This document shows positions 18,431-26,826 of a DNA stretch of 64,000 nt, piece by piece (position 1 is the stretch's first letter; every line of letters begins with the position of its first letter). Made by a program: the position numbers and the translations under genes. This DNA is from an uncultured Planctomycetaceae bacterium (GTDB lineage: Bacteria > Planctomycetota > Planctomycetia > Isosphaerales > Isosphaeraceae), in assembly GCA_963833985.1 (NCBI GenBank), contig CAWIAD010000002.1:4704001-4768000 (forward strand), given 5' to 3'. The notes under the pieces are model-generated. The model saw nothing but the letters and a program-made list of their open reading frames with translations. It made no database searches and was not told the DNA's origin.

Positions 18431-18506
18431 TCTCCGCGTACCTGGCGGAGAAAGAACTTGTCCATGCGGAGGATAGGTGCTATTATGTCCGCAGAGAATG
18501 CGGAGA
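18431..18506 (+). promoter_or_regulatory. Sigma70 promoter of fic flanked by two palindromic operators
   Basis: -35 TTGTCC (18458-18463), 17-bp spacer, extended -10 TGcTATTAT (hexamer at 18481-18486). Operators are TCTCCGC-N7-GCGGAGA (18431-18451) and TGTCCGC-N7-GCGGAGA (18486-18506). Confidence 0.7.
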
Positions 18507-18512
18507 ATAGCG

Positions 18513-19637
18513 ATGTACATCCACCAAAGAGACGATTGGCCCAGGTTCCACTGGGATCCAGAAGGGCTGGCAAACCTGCTTGCGGCGGTTCGTCATCGCC
18601 AGGGCCGGCTCATCGGTCGGATGGAAGGGCTCGGCTTTCAACTCCGCGAGGAGGCGGTGTTGAGCACCCTGACGCAGGACGTCCTGAAATCGAGCGAGAT
18701 CGAAGGCGAAATCCTCGACGTCGAGCAGGTTCGCTCATCCCTCGCCCGCCGACTTGGACTCGATATTGGCGCACTGACGCCCGCCGATCGTCATGTCGAA
18801 GGCGTGGTCGAGTTGATGCTCGATGCCACCCGGCGATACGAAGAACCACTGAGCGAGGAACGTCTATGCGGCTGGCACGCCGCCCTCTTCCCGACCAGGC
18901 GCAGCGGGATGCAGAAAATCCGGGTCGGTGACTGGCGGGACGACGCTGCTGGCCCGATGCAGGTCGTCTCAGGCGCAATCGGCAAGGAACGGGTCCATTA
19001 CCAGGCGCCGCCAGCCGACCGGCTGTCGGCCGAGATGTCGCAGTTCCTGGAATGGTTCAATGACTCGGGGACGATCGACCCGGTCCTCAAAGCCGCCGAG
19101 GCTCATCTCTGGTTCGTCACCATTCACCCTTTCGACGACGGAAATGGGCGCATCGCCCGAGCCATCGCCGATCTGGCCCTGGCACGGTCGGAGCAAAGTC
19201 CGAATCGCTTCTACAGCATGTCTGCGCAGATCCGGCTGGAGCGAGGCGATTATTACGGCATCCTGGAACAGACCCAGAAAGGTTCGCTCGATATCACGGC
19301 GTGGATGCGGTGGTTCCTCGGCTGCCTCGATCGCGCATTCGACGGAGCGGAGGCCACGCTCGGCCACGTGCTCCGAAAAGCGCGGTTCTGGGAAGTTCAC
19401 GCCGGGGAATCGTTCAACGACCGGCAGCGGAAAATCGTCAATCGGCTGATGAACGGATTCGAGGGCAAGCTCACGTCGTCGAAGTGGGCAAAACTGGCCA
19501 GGTGCTCACAGGATACAGCCAGCCGCGATATCAACGACCTGATCAAACGCCGAGTGCTCGCGAAGAATGATGCCGGTGGCCGGAGCACCAGCTATTCGCT
19601 CATCGAGCCGGCCGCGAAGAGCGAACCAGGGCCATGA
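18513..19637 (+). CDS. Fic-family protein (N-terminal DUF4172-like region, C-terminal HTH)
   Basis: Catalytic HPFDDGNGRIAR. The N-terminus is YIHQRDDWPRF, with an SSEIEGE inhibitory-type motif. The C-terminus has SQDTASRDINDL…GGRSTSY. Confidence 0.95.
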   Translation: MYIHQRDDWPRFHWDPEGLANLLAAVRHRQGRLIGRMEGLGFQLREEAVLSTLTQDVLKSSEIEGEILDVEQVRSSLARRLGLDIGALTPADRHVEGVVELMLDATRRYEEPLSEERLCGWHAALFPTRRSGMQKIRVGDWRDDAAGPMQVVSGAIGKERVHYQAPPADRLSAEMSQFLEWFNDSGTIDPVLKAAEAHLWFVTIHPFDDGNGRIARAIADLALARSEQSPNRFYSMSAQIRLERGDYYGILEQTQKGSLDITAWMRWFLGCLDRAFDGAEATLGHVLRKARFWEVHAGESFNDRQRKIVNRLMNGFEGKLTSSKWAKLARCSQDTASRDINDLIKRRVLAKNDAGGRSTSYSLIEPAAKSEPGP

Positions 19638-20400
19638 TCACCGGAATGACATATGGGGCGTATGGGGTCCGGGCGGATCGGGTCCGGGGCGGATGCTCCC
19701 GCGGTTCATCGCGTGGTACACCAGACCGTCGTCGGTGGCACGAGGAAGACGTCTCATGATGCCCGTGTTACGGCGAGATGCGGGCTTGCGTCAAGAAAAA
19801 TGAACTGACACGAATTCCTCCCATGATCACCGGAATGACATATGGGGCGTATGGGGTCCGGGCGGATCGGGTCCGGGGCGGATGCTCCCGCGGTTCATCG
19901 CGTGGTACACCAGACCGTCGTCGGTGGCACGAGGAAGACGTCTCATGATGCCCGTGTTACGGCGAGATGCGGGCTTGCGTCAAGAAAAATGAACTGACAC
20001 GAATTCCTCCCCGGCGAGATGCGGGCTTGCGTCAAGAAAAATGAACTGACACGAATTCCTCCCCGTCAAGAAAAATGAACTGACACGAATTCCTCCGTGG
20101 GGCGTATGGGGTCCGGGCGGATCGGGTCCGGGGCGGATGCTCCCGCGGTTCATCGCGTGGTACACCAGACCGTCGTCGGTGGCACGAGGAAGACGTCTCA
20201 TGATGCCCGTGTTACGGCGAGATGCGGGCTTGCGTCAAGAAAAATGAACTGACACGAATTCCTCCCCGGCGAGATGCGGGCTTGCGTCAAGAAAAATGAA
20301 CTGACACGAATTCCTCCCCGTCAAGAAAAATGAACTGACACGAATTCCTCCGTCAAGAAAAATGAACTGACACGAATTCCTCCCGACACGAATTCCTCCC
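19632..20400. repeat. Nested tandem array with 8 full copies and 1 partial copy of GTCAAGAAAAATGAACTGACACGAATTCCTCC (REP-like family B)
   Basis: Copies start at 19790, 19979, 20031, 20065, 20234, 20286, 20320 and 20352, with a partial copy at 20385. Duplication periods are 189, 52, 34, 255, 32 and ~16 bp. Confidence 0.95.
19698..20201 (-). pseudogene. Three copies of a 5' fragment of a REP-associated tyrosine (Y1/HUH) transposase
   Basis: MRRLPRATDDGLVYHAMNRG starts at 19757, 19946 and 20201. It matches the typical RAYT N-terminus (MPRxxR…G.xYH.xNRG) and is truncated right after NRG. Confidence 0.7.
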
Positions 20401-20474
20401 GTTACGGCTAGGAAACGGCTCTGCACAAAGGGGATTATTTCCCCCTATCTTTCCTTGCCTAGGCTCTGGCGGCC

Positions 20475-20515
20475 TTGTCAAAGGCCCCGGAGCATGTTAG
20501 CATTGAATTCGATGC
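20475..20515 (+). promoter_or_regulatory. TA operon promoter with an overlapping palindromic operator
   Basis: -35 TTGTCA (20475-20480), 17-bp spacer, -10 TAGCAT (20498-20503) with an upstream TG. The palindrome GCATTGAATTCGATGC (20500-20515) matches at 14 of 16 positions. Confidence 0.65.
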
Positions 20516-20545
20516 GTTGACGATGCGACTTAGCAGAAGGTATTT

Positions 20546-20842
20546 ATGGACATTGACCGCGACATTCATCCACTCACCGATTTCAAGCGAAACACCTCCC
20601 ATTTCGTTTCACAACTGAAGGAAACCGGCCAACCCCTCGTCCTCACCATCAACGGCAAGGCGGAGCTGGTCGTGCAGGATGCCGCTTCCTATCAAAAATT
20701 GGCTGACCTCGCCGAGCGGCTGGAGACCATCCAGGCCGTCAAAGACAGCCTGGCCTCCATTGACCGGGGTGAAGGCACAGCGATGGACGAAGTATTCGAC
20801 GCACTGGAGAAGCGGATCAGACAGCCAAAGGCCCGTCCGTGA
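20546..20842 (+). CDS. Phd/YefM-family antitoxin
   Basis: IHPLTDFKRNT…LKETGQPLVLTINGKAELVVQDAASYQ. Confidence 0.9.
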   Translation: MDIDRDIHPLTDFKRNTSHFVSQLKETGQPLVLTINGKAELVVQDAASYQKLADLAERLETIQAVKDSLASIDRGEGTAMDEVFDALEKRIRQPKARP

Positions 20843-21189
20843 GCTTCCGCGTCGTCGTCCAGCCGCGTGCGGAAAAGGACCTACTCGACGCCGCCAGTTT
20901 CCTGCTCGACCGCAGCAAGTGATCGACCATCGCTCTTCGGTGGTAACGCGGCATCCGGGGGAAAATCAACACTCTTAAGACCAGCCCGCACCGCTGCCCG
21001 GTCGATCCCGACTCGGCGGCCTACGGCTCAGAGGTTCGTGTGCCGCTCTACGGCAAACGGCAAGGCGTCTATCGCGTTCTCTTCACGATACGTGGCAACA
21101 CCGTCTTTGTCCTGACCGTGCGGCATTCAGCCCAGCGTCGCCTTACAGACGACATCGACCAGGACGACGAGCAAGGCACGCCGCATTGA
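20839..21189 (+). pseudogene. ParE/RelE-family toxin pseudogene (two in-frame stops)
   Basis: GTGA overlap with the antitoxin. It reads MSFRVVVQPRAEKDL…SK*STIALRW*RGIRGKINTLKTSPHRCP…GVYRVLFTIRGNTVFVLTVRHSA, with stops at 20920-20922 (TGA) and 20944-20946 (TAA). Confidence 0.85.
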
Positions 21190-21504
21190 CGTAGGGGCTC
21201 TCACTGAGCAGTCAACGGACTGACTCTCCCCTAGCAGAACCCGCTTCTGCCATTGCTGGCACCCCGCCATCCAGGCGGCCGCGTGCTCACGGGGTACGCT
21301 TCGCTTCCGTCCCTGCGGGACCGGCTACGCCGCCCTTCCGCCCGCTGGTGCGTGGTCGTTCACCGGCGACCGCCACGCCCGGCCCCGGCGTACCGTGGCC
21401 GTTCATGCCGGCCGCTTATCGGTTCACTGAAGGAAGCGTGTCGTTTTTTGCTCGTCCCGGCCCCATTGAACATGGGGGGCCGGTCCGGCAAAGAGGGAAA
21501 TTGG

Positions 21505-23520
21505 GCCGGGTCGCCCTGGGGGATTGCTCCCCCGGGGCTCCCACAGATCCAGACGTGCGGATTTCCCGCATCTGGCTCGTCACCTCATGTCGCTGCGCGG
21601 CCCAGCAGACTGTGAACCACACGGGCCGGGGGCAGGCAGTATTGCCGTTCCAAGCGCACGAAGTCCGACCACGGTAGCGGTTTCCCCCGGCGACGCCGGG
21701 ACAGCCATCGTTTCCAGATCGCTCGCGCTCCCCGAAGGAAGTTTTGGAGACTCGCAAAGTTACCGATGATCCCGTAGTACCCGTAGTGGCCTTGCAGCTT
21801 CTGTTTGAGTGTCTGGTGCTGAACCGGAATCGGTTGATGCCGATTGACTCGGCACCACTCCGACAACGCTTGAAACGCTCGCTTGAGTCGGTTCCTCGCC
21901 GTCTTGCGCTTGATCACCCAGCCGCCTTTCCGACTTCGACCCCAGTAATGGGTGAAGCCCAGGAAGTCGAATGTCTTGGGCAAGGAGGATTCTCCTGCCT
22001 TCGTTTCGGAGTCGTCAGGATCATCCGGGTGGAACCGAACGAGCCGTGTCTTCTCCGGGTGAGCGGTCAAGCCGTACTTGCTCATCCGCTTGGGTAACAC
22101 GTCCATGATTCGCCGGGCGTCGTCTTCTCGGACTGTCCCGATCACGAAGTCGTCCGCATAGCGGATCACGAAAGCCTCCCCCTTCAGACGAGGTCGAACC
22201 TCCTGGTCGAACCATTCGTCGAGCACGTAGTGCAAGAACAGATTCGAAATCAAGGGGCTGAGAACCCCGCCTTGTGGCGCACCGTGTTCGGGAGTCGTGT
22301 GGACTCCGTCCTCCAGCACTCCAGCATTGAGCCATTTACCGATCAATCGCAGGATCACACCATCGCGCACCCGTCGCTTGAGGAACTCCCGTAGATGGCC
22401 ATGGTCAATCGTGTCGAAAAACTTTCGAAGATCAACGTCCACGATCCAGCGGCATCCCAGGTTCATCGCCCGCTTCCACAGAGAATCCAGGGCTCCGTGA
22501 GCGCCCCGTCCGGGACGGAAGCCGTGTGAGGCGTCCAAGAAGTCCGCCTCGTACACCGGCTCCAACACCATCAGGACCGCACGCTGGAGGATCTTGTCCT
22601 CGAACGTGGGAATCCCCAGCGGGCGGGTCTCGCCAGGCGAGCCTGCCTTGGGAATATTCACTCGTCGCACGGGCGGGGCCACGTACGTGCCGGACTTCGC
22701 GCGGTTGAGGAGGTCCTGAAGGTTGCCCTTCAGGTTGGTCTCGTAATCCTCCGCGGTCTGTCCGTCCACGCCGACGGCTCCATCCTTGCGGGTTAGAGCA
22801 TAGGCCTTGCGTAGCCAGAGGATGTCGATGTGATGCGCCAGGTTCGTGAAGGACATGTCCGGAGCGTTCCTGGCGAGTTCCGCGATCCGTTGTTGTTTTG
22901 TGTACACGGTCTCAGGTCTCGGCGTACCTGGCATGTTTCCCTCCAACGGTTCATGAGACGGCGTCCCCTTCCCTCCCCGGGGTCCATTCGGGCTAGTTCC
23001 CCCGGTTCCTCGGTACTATGAGACGCTCCGACTCCCTGCCGTCCATCTCGCCGCACTTCGTTTCCTTCGCTTGGCGATACCATCGTTTCGTCCCCGGTTC
23101 GTCCCCACAGCTTGGGACCTAGCTATGGATCATCCTGGAGTTGGTAAGCCGGGCTCCCGCCGGCACTTTACGATGGAGACGACAGGGTCTCCCAAGTTCC
23201 CAGAGGATCCCTTGTGATCATTCGCCCTGTTCTCCGACCCCGGCGTGACCAGGCAGGCTGAGTGGACCACGGGTTAGTTGCCTGGCGCGGCCCCCGCGTC
23301 TGACAAGGACGAGGGCTCACCACGAGGAGATTTCGGGGCTCAATCGCACGGCGTTTGATCTGGCTGTCTACGCTTCGCAGGGGTGGTTGCCCACCACCAC
23401 GCAAGACTCGCTTCCGGCTGCTGGTCCAGCTCTGCCGGACGGGATTGGCTACCCGCAGGGTTCCCTACGAAAGGGTTCAAGTTTGTGGCTATCCTCCCTT
23501 CCTGAGCTTCCTTGGCGCAA
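21505..23520 (-). mobile_element. Complete group II intron (IIB-like ribozyme, 2016 nt)
   Basis: The 5' end is TTGCGCC at 23520. Domain V is GAGCCAGATGCGGGAAATCCGCACGTCTGGATC (21578-21546). Domain VI has a bulged A and ends CGACCCGGC at 21505. The EBS1 loop is at 23300-23305. Removing the element restores a palindrome. Confidence 0.9.
21585..22946 (-). CDS. ltrA: Group II intron reverse transcriptase/maturase (no endonuclease domain)
   Basis: GVDG, IPK…RPLGIPTFEDKILQ, SHGFRPGR, PQGGVLSPLISNLFLH, RYADDF, FDFLGF, X-domain LQGHYGYY. 453 aa with no HNH. Confidence 0.97.
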   Translation of the reverse strand: MEGNMPGTPRPETVYTKQQRIAELARNAPDMSFTNLAHHIDILWLRKAYALTRKDGAVGVDGQTAEDYETNLKGNLQDLLNRAKSGTYVAPPVRRVNIPKAGSPGETRPLGIPTFEDKILQRAVLMVLEPVYEADFLDASHGFRPGRGAHGALDSLWKRAMNLGCRWIVDVDLRKFFDTIDHGHLREFLKRRVRDGVILRLIGKWLNAGVLEDGVHTTPEHGAPQGGVLSPLISNLFLHYVLDEWFDQEVRPRLKGEAFVIRYADDFVIGTVREDDARRIMDVLPKRMSKYGLTAHPEKTRLVRFHPDDPDDSETKAGESSLPKTFDFLGFTHYWGRSRKGGWVIKRKTARNRLKRAFQALSEWCRVNRHQPIPVQHQTLKQKLQGHYGYYGIIGNFASLQNFLRGARAIWKRWLSRRRRGKPLPWSDFVRLERQYCLPPARVVHSLLGRAAT

Positions 23521-23580
23521 TGTCAGTTCACTTTTCGTAGGATAAATGAACTGACACCGGTTTCTTGACACCGGTTTCTT
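23521..23580. repeat. REP-like inverted doublet (family B), left arm cut by the intron, with a 14-bp end duplication
   Basis: TGTCAGTTCA-N16-TGAACTGACACCGGTTTCT is followed by a second TGACACCGGTTTCT. Confidence 0.85.
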
Positions 23581-23624
23581 GCGGCGCAACGCGAATGAGT
23601 CGGGTTCTCCGGAGACGGGCAAAC

Positions 23625-24077
23625 TCACTGGGGATAGATGACGGACAGACCTTGTAGCCTGGCGACTTCGCAGAGCCTTTCGTCGGCACATACGAAGCAA
23701 TCCATCGCTACGGGATCCCGGATCGACAACGCCACGGCAAGCTGTATCGCGTCAAGCGAATGAATCTGTCTCACTTTCCCATGAACGGCGATCAATTCGC
23801 CCGCCGACTCAAAGTGCGAGTTGAGTATCCGGATGGGCACGAACACGCGGTCTCGGATATCGGCGAAAAACCGCGCCGCCAGCCGATCGAATTCCGTGTC
23901 GGAAATCAGTCCAGTCCGTACCTTCTTCGCGAAGACCGAGAGCACCTCGGTCAGCGTCAACCTTGAGCCTGAGTAGGTTGATGTGGGTTCCCGGAGCAAT
24001 TGAGCCACCGTGTGTGATCCCGGCTCATCGTGGTACCGCTTCACCACAGCGCTCGCGTCGAAGAAGAAATCTGGCAT
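23625..24077 (-). CDS. vapC: VapC/PIN-domain toxin
   Basis: FFDASAVVKRY…E…LTEV…SLDAIQLAVA…FVCADERL, the acidic PIN motifs. Confidence 0.92.
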   Translation of the reverse strand: MPDFFFDASAVVKRYHDEPGSHTVAQLLREPTSTYSGSRLTLTEVLSVFAKKVRTGLISDTEFDRLAARFFADIRDRVFVPIRILNSHFESAGELIAVHGKVRQIHSLDAIQLAVALSIRDPVAMDCFVCADERLCEVARLQGLSVIYPQ

Positions 24078-24386
24078 CTACGATCGGTACTCTCTCTCTT
24101 CGATGACAGCCTGGCTCATTGAACCGGGGATCTTCGAGAGCATTCGGCGGACTTCCTCGACCGAGGGTATCTCCCGGCCTTCCAGTTCGCGAGTGCAATA
24201 GGCTATGGCCTCGTGATCCACGGCGGCTTTCGATTCGGATCCCAAGCCCGTGTCAGTTCCGCGCTGATCCTCCCGGCAAAAACGGCGCAAGGCTTCTTGA
24301 AGCACAGCCTCTTCAGTGGGGAAATCGCCGCTCTGAACCTTGCGGCGAACAAATTCCCGTAGCTCGATGGTCAAGGTCACATCCAC
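24078..24386 (-). CDS. Ribbon-helix-helix antitoxin (ParD/CC2985-like N-terminus)
   Basis: VTLTIELREFVRRKVQSGDFPTEEAVLQEALR. The stop abuts the vapC start. Confidence 0.8.
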   Translation of the reverse strand: MDVTLTIELREFVRRKVQSGDFPTEEAVLQEALRRFCREDQRGTDTGLGSESKAAVDHEAIAYCTRELEGREIPSVEEVRRMLSKIPGSMSQAVIEEREYRS

Positions 24387-24658
24387 TGGTCAGCTCCTTG
24401 CTTTTCAAACCAGGCGCCTTGCACGCCCATTTCCAGGATACGAGGCGAGGCAAGGGACCGAATAGTAACCCTGCTCGCGGTCCGCCCCCAGGTCTGGCCA
24501 CATCCCCACCTTCCGCTTCATCCTCTTGATTCAGCAGCGGCGCTGGTTCAGACTGGAATGGTAGACCGCGCTGCCACGGCGCAGCACGGCGATCCTCCCG
24601 GCCGCTCCCTTGCTCACGAGGCGGAGGGCGACCCTCACCGTGGAGGTCCAGTGCGACG

Positions 24659-25191
24659 ATGGCCGAGATCTCTCGGAAAGCAACGTCGGCCGAGAGCAAT
24701 GGGGCGCATCCCAGCGGCGATAACCGCTTCAAGATGCTCGACGCCACCATGAAGCGGCAACGCTTTCAGCCAGACGCCCTGATCGAGGTGCTGCACACCG
24801 CGCAGGAGCTTTTTGGCTACCTTCAGGACGACATCCTTTTGTACGTCGCCCACGGGCTCAAGCTGCCGCCCAGCCGGGTCTACGGCGTGGCCACGTTTTA
24901 TCACTTCTTCACGTTCACGCCCAAGGGCAAGCACACCTGCGTCGTCTGCATGGGCACCGCCTGCTACGTGAAGGGGGGAGAGACGCTGCTGGCCACTGTG
25001 CGTGCCTGCGCGGGGCGGGAGAATCGTGATTCCGCCGGCGATGTGCCTTTCGTCTCGGTCGATACGGCGCGCTGCCTGGCGCTTGCGGCCTGGCGCCGGT
25101 GGTTGTCTTCGACGGCGAGGTTTGCGGCACGGTCTCGCCGCGGGTGGCCGAGGCCCGCATGAAGGGATGGCTGGACCATGGACCTGATTGA
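24659..25191 (+). CDS. hoxE: Bidirectional hydrogenase subunit HoxE (apparent 1-bp frameshift near 25080)
   Basis: [39 protein letters not shown] continues as (G)[12 protein letters not shown] in another frame ending at 25191. Confidence 0.88.
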
Positions 25192-26824
25192 ACTCCAGGA
25201 GATCGCCGAGAAAGAAGTGGCGGCACGGAAGCCCACGGCGATTCGCGTCTGCACCGCGGCGGGCTGCCTCTCCTCAGGCGCTCAGGACGTGCAGGCGCGG
25301 CTGACCGATGCCGTCGCCCAGGCGAACCAGGGAGACAGGGTCCAGGTCTGCTCCGTGGGCTGCATGCGGCTTTGCTGCGAGGGGCCGCTTGTCCAGGTAG
25401 ATCCTGCCGGCATCCTCTACGAACGGGTCCGGCCAGAGCAGGCCGCGTCGATCGTGCTCAGCCTGGGCGGCGGTGCGGCCAGCGCGCGGAAGGGTGCTCT
25501 CGACCGGCCCTTCTTCAGCCGCCAGAAATCGGTGGTGCTGGAAAACAGCGGGAAGATCGAGCCGGAGCGGATCGAGTCGTACATCGCCGCCAGCGGCTAC
25601 CGGGCGCTCTACGATGTCGTCCGGGAAATGAACCCGGCCGACGTGGTCGACATGGTCACACGCAGCGGACTACGCGGCCGGGGCGGCGCGGGCTACCCCA
25701 CGGGGCTGAAATGGGGGATGGTCGCGAAGAACCAGGGCGGGCCGCACAAATACGTCGTGTGCAACGCGGACGAGGGGGACCCCGGCGCGTTCATGGACCG
25801 CAGCGTCCTGGAGAGCGACCCGCACCGGGTGCTCGAAGGCATGGCGATCGCCGCTTACGCCGTGGGTGCCGACACGGGCTATATTTACGTGCGCGGCGAG
25901 TATCCCCTGGCCATCCGCCGGCTCGAGGTCGGCATTCGCCAGGCCCGGCGGCTGGGGCTCCTCGGCACCCAGATCTTCGAGTCGCCGTTCAATTTCCGGG
26001 TCGATCTCCGGATCGGCGCCGGGGCGTTCGTGTGCGGCGAGGAGACTGCGCTGCTGGCATCCATCGAGGGCCGGCGCGGCACACCCCGGCCGCGTCCCCC
26101 CTACCCCGCCGAGGCCGGGCTGTGGCGCAGCCCCACTCTCATCAACAACGTGGAGACGTTCGCGAATGTTCCGGCGATTATCCGCAACGGCCCGGAGTGG
26201 TTCGCCTCGATCGGCACCGAGAAAAGCAAGGGGACGAAGGTCTTCGCCCTGGCCGGCAAGATCCGCCACACGGGTCTGGTCGAGGTGCCCATGGGGACGT
26301 CGCTGCGCGAGATCGTGGAGGAGATCGGCGGCGGGGCGCCGGACGGCGGCACGATCAAGGCCGTGCAGACCGGCGGCCCCTCCGGCGGCTGCATCCCCGC
26401 CGAGGCGCTCGATACGCCCGTGGATTACGAATCGCTTCTGCGGCTGGGTTCGATCATGGGCTCGGGCGGAATGATCGTGATGGACCAGACCACCAACATG
26501 GTCAACGTGGCGAAGTTCTTCATGGAGTTCTGCATGGACGAGTCGTGCGGCAAGTGCATTCCCTGCCGCTCGGGGACGGTCCAGCTCCATCGTCTGCTCA
26601 CGAAGATCACCCAGCGGCAGGCGACGGCCGCCGACCTGACTCGCCTGGAATCGCTCTGCGAGATGGTCAAGCACACGAGCCTGTGCGGCCTGGGCCAGTC
26701 CGCCCCCAACCCCGTGCTGAGCACCCTGCGGTATTTTCGCAAGGAGTACGAAGAGCTGCTGTGCGCGGACCCCGCGGCGACTGGCCCGGTCACGGCAGTC
26801 CCTTTTGAGAAGGCGGGAACCTGA
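25178..26824 (+). CDS. hoxF: HoxF diaphorase large subunit (NuoF-like)
   Basis: [51 protein letters not shown], and an N-terminal 2Fe-2S domain. Confidence 0.95.
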   Translation: MDLIELQEIAEKEVAARKPTAIRVCTAAGCLSSGAQDVQARLTDAVAQANQGDRVQVCSVGCMRLCCEGPLVQVDPAGILYERVRPEQAASIVLSLGGGAASARKGALDRPFFSRQKSVVLENSGKIEPERIESYIAASGYRALYDVVREMNPADVVDMVTRSGLRGRGGAGYPTGLKWGMVAKNQGGPHKYVVCNADEGDPGAFMDRSVLESDPHRVLEGMAIAAYAVGADTGYIYVRGEYPLAIRRLEVGIRQARRLGLLGTQIFESPFNFRVDLRIGAGAFVCGEETALLASIEGRRGTPRPRPPYPAEAGLWRSPTLINNVETFANVPAIIRNGPEWFASIGTEKSKGTKVFALAGKIRHTGLVEVPMGTSLREIVEEIGGGAPDGGTIKAVQTGGPSGGCIPAEALDTPVDYESLLRLGSIMGSGGMIVMDQTTNMVNVAKFFMEFCMDESCGKCIPCRSGTVQLHRLLTKITQRQATAADLTRLESLCEMVKHTSLCGLGQSAPNPVLSTLRYFRKEYEELLCADPAATGPVTAVPFEKAGT

Positions 26825-26826
26825 TC

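Noticed and set aside
19790..20400. CRISPR array (32-bp repeat, 8 copies)
   Set aside because: The inter-repeat segments range from 0 to ~157 bp and are copies of adjacent DNA rather than unique spacers. No cas genes are present.
21585..22946. RT as part of a retron, DGR or defence RT system
   Set aside because: It has a maturase X domain and flanking ribozyme domains V/VI with intact ends, so it is a group II intron IEP.
23463..23541. 9-nt complementarity between intron domain I (TTTCGTAGG) and the REP loop in the 5' exon (CCTACGAAA)
   Set aside because: The intron segment lies largely in its own hairpin (CCCT-TTCGT-AGGG), and a 9-mer match can arise by chance. There is no covariation evidence.
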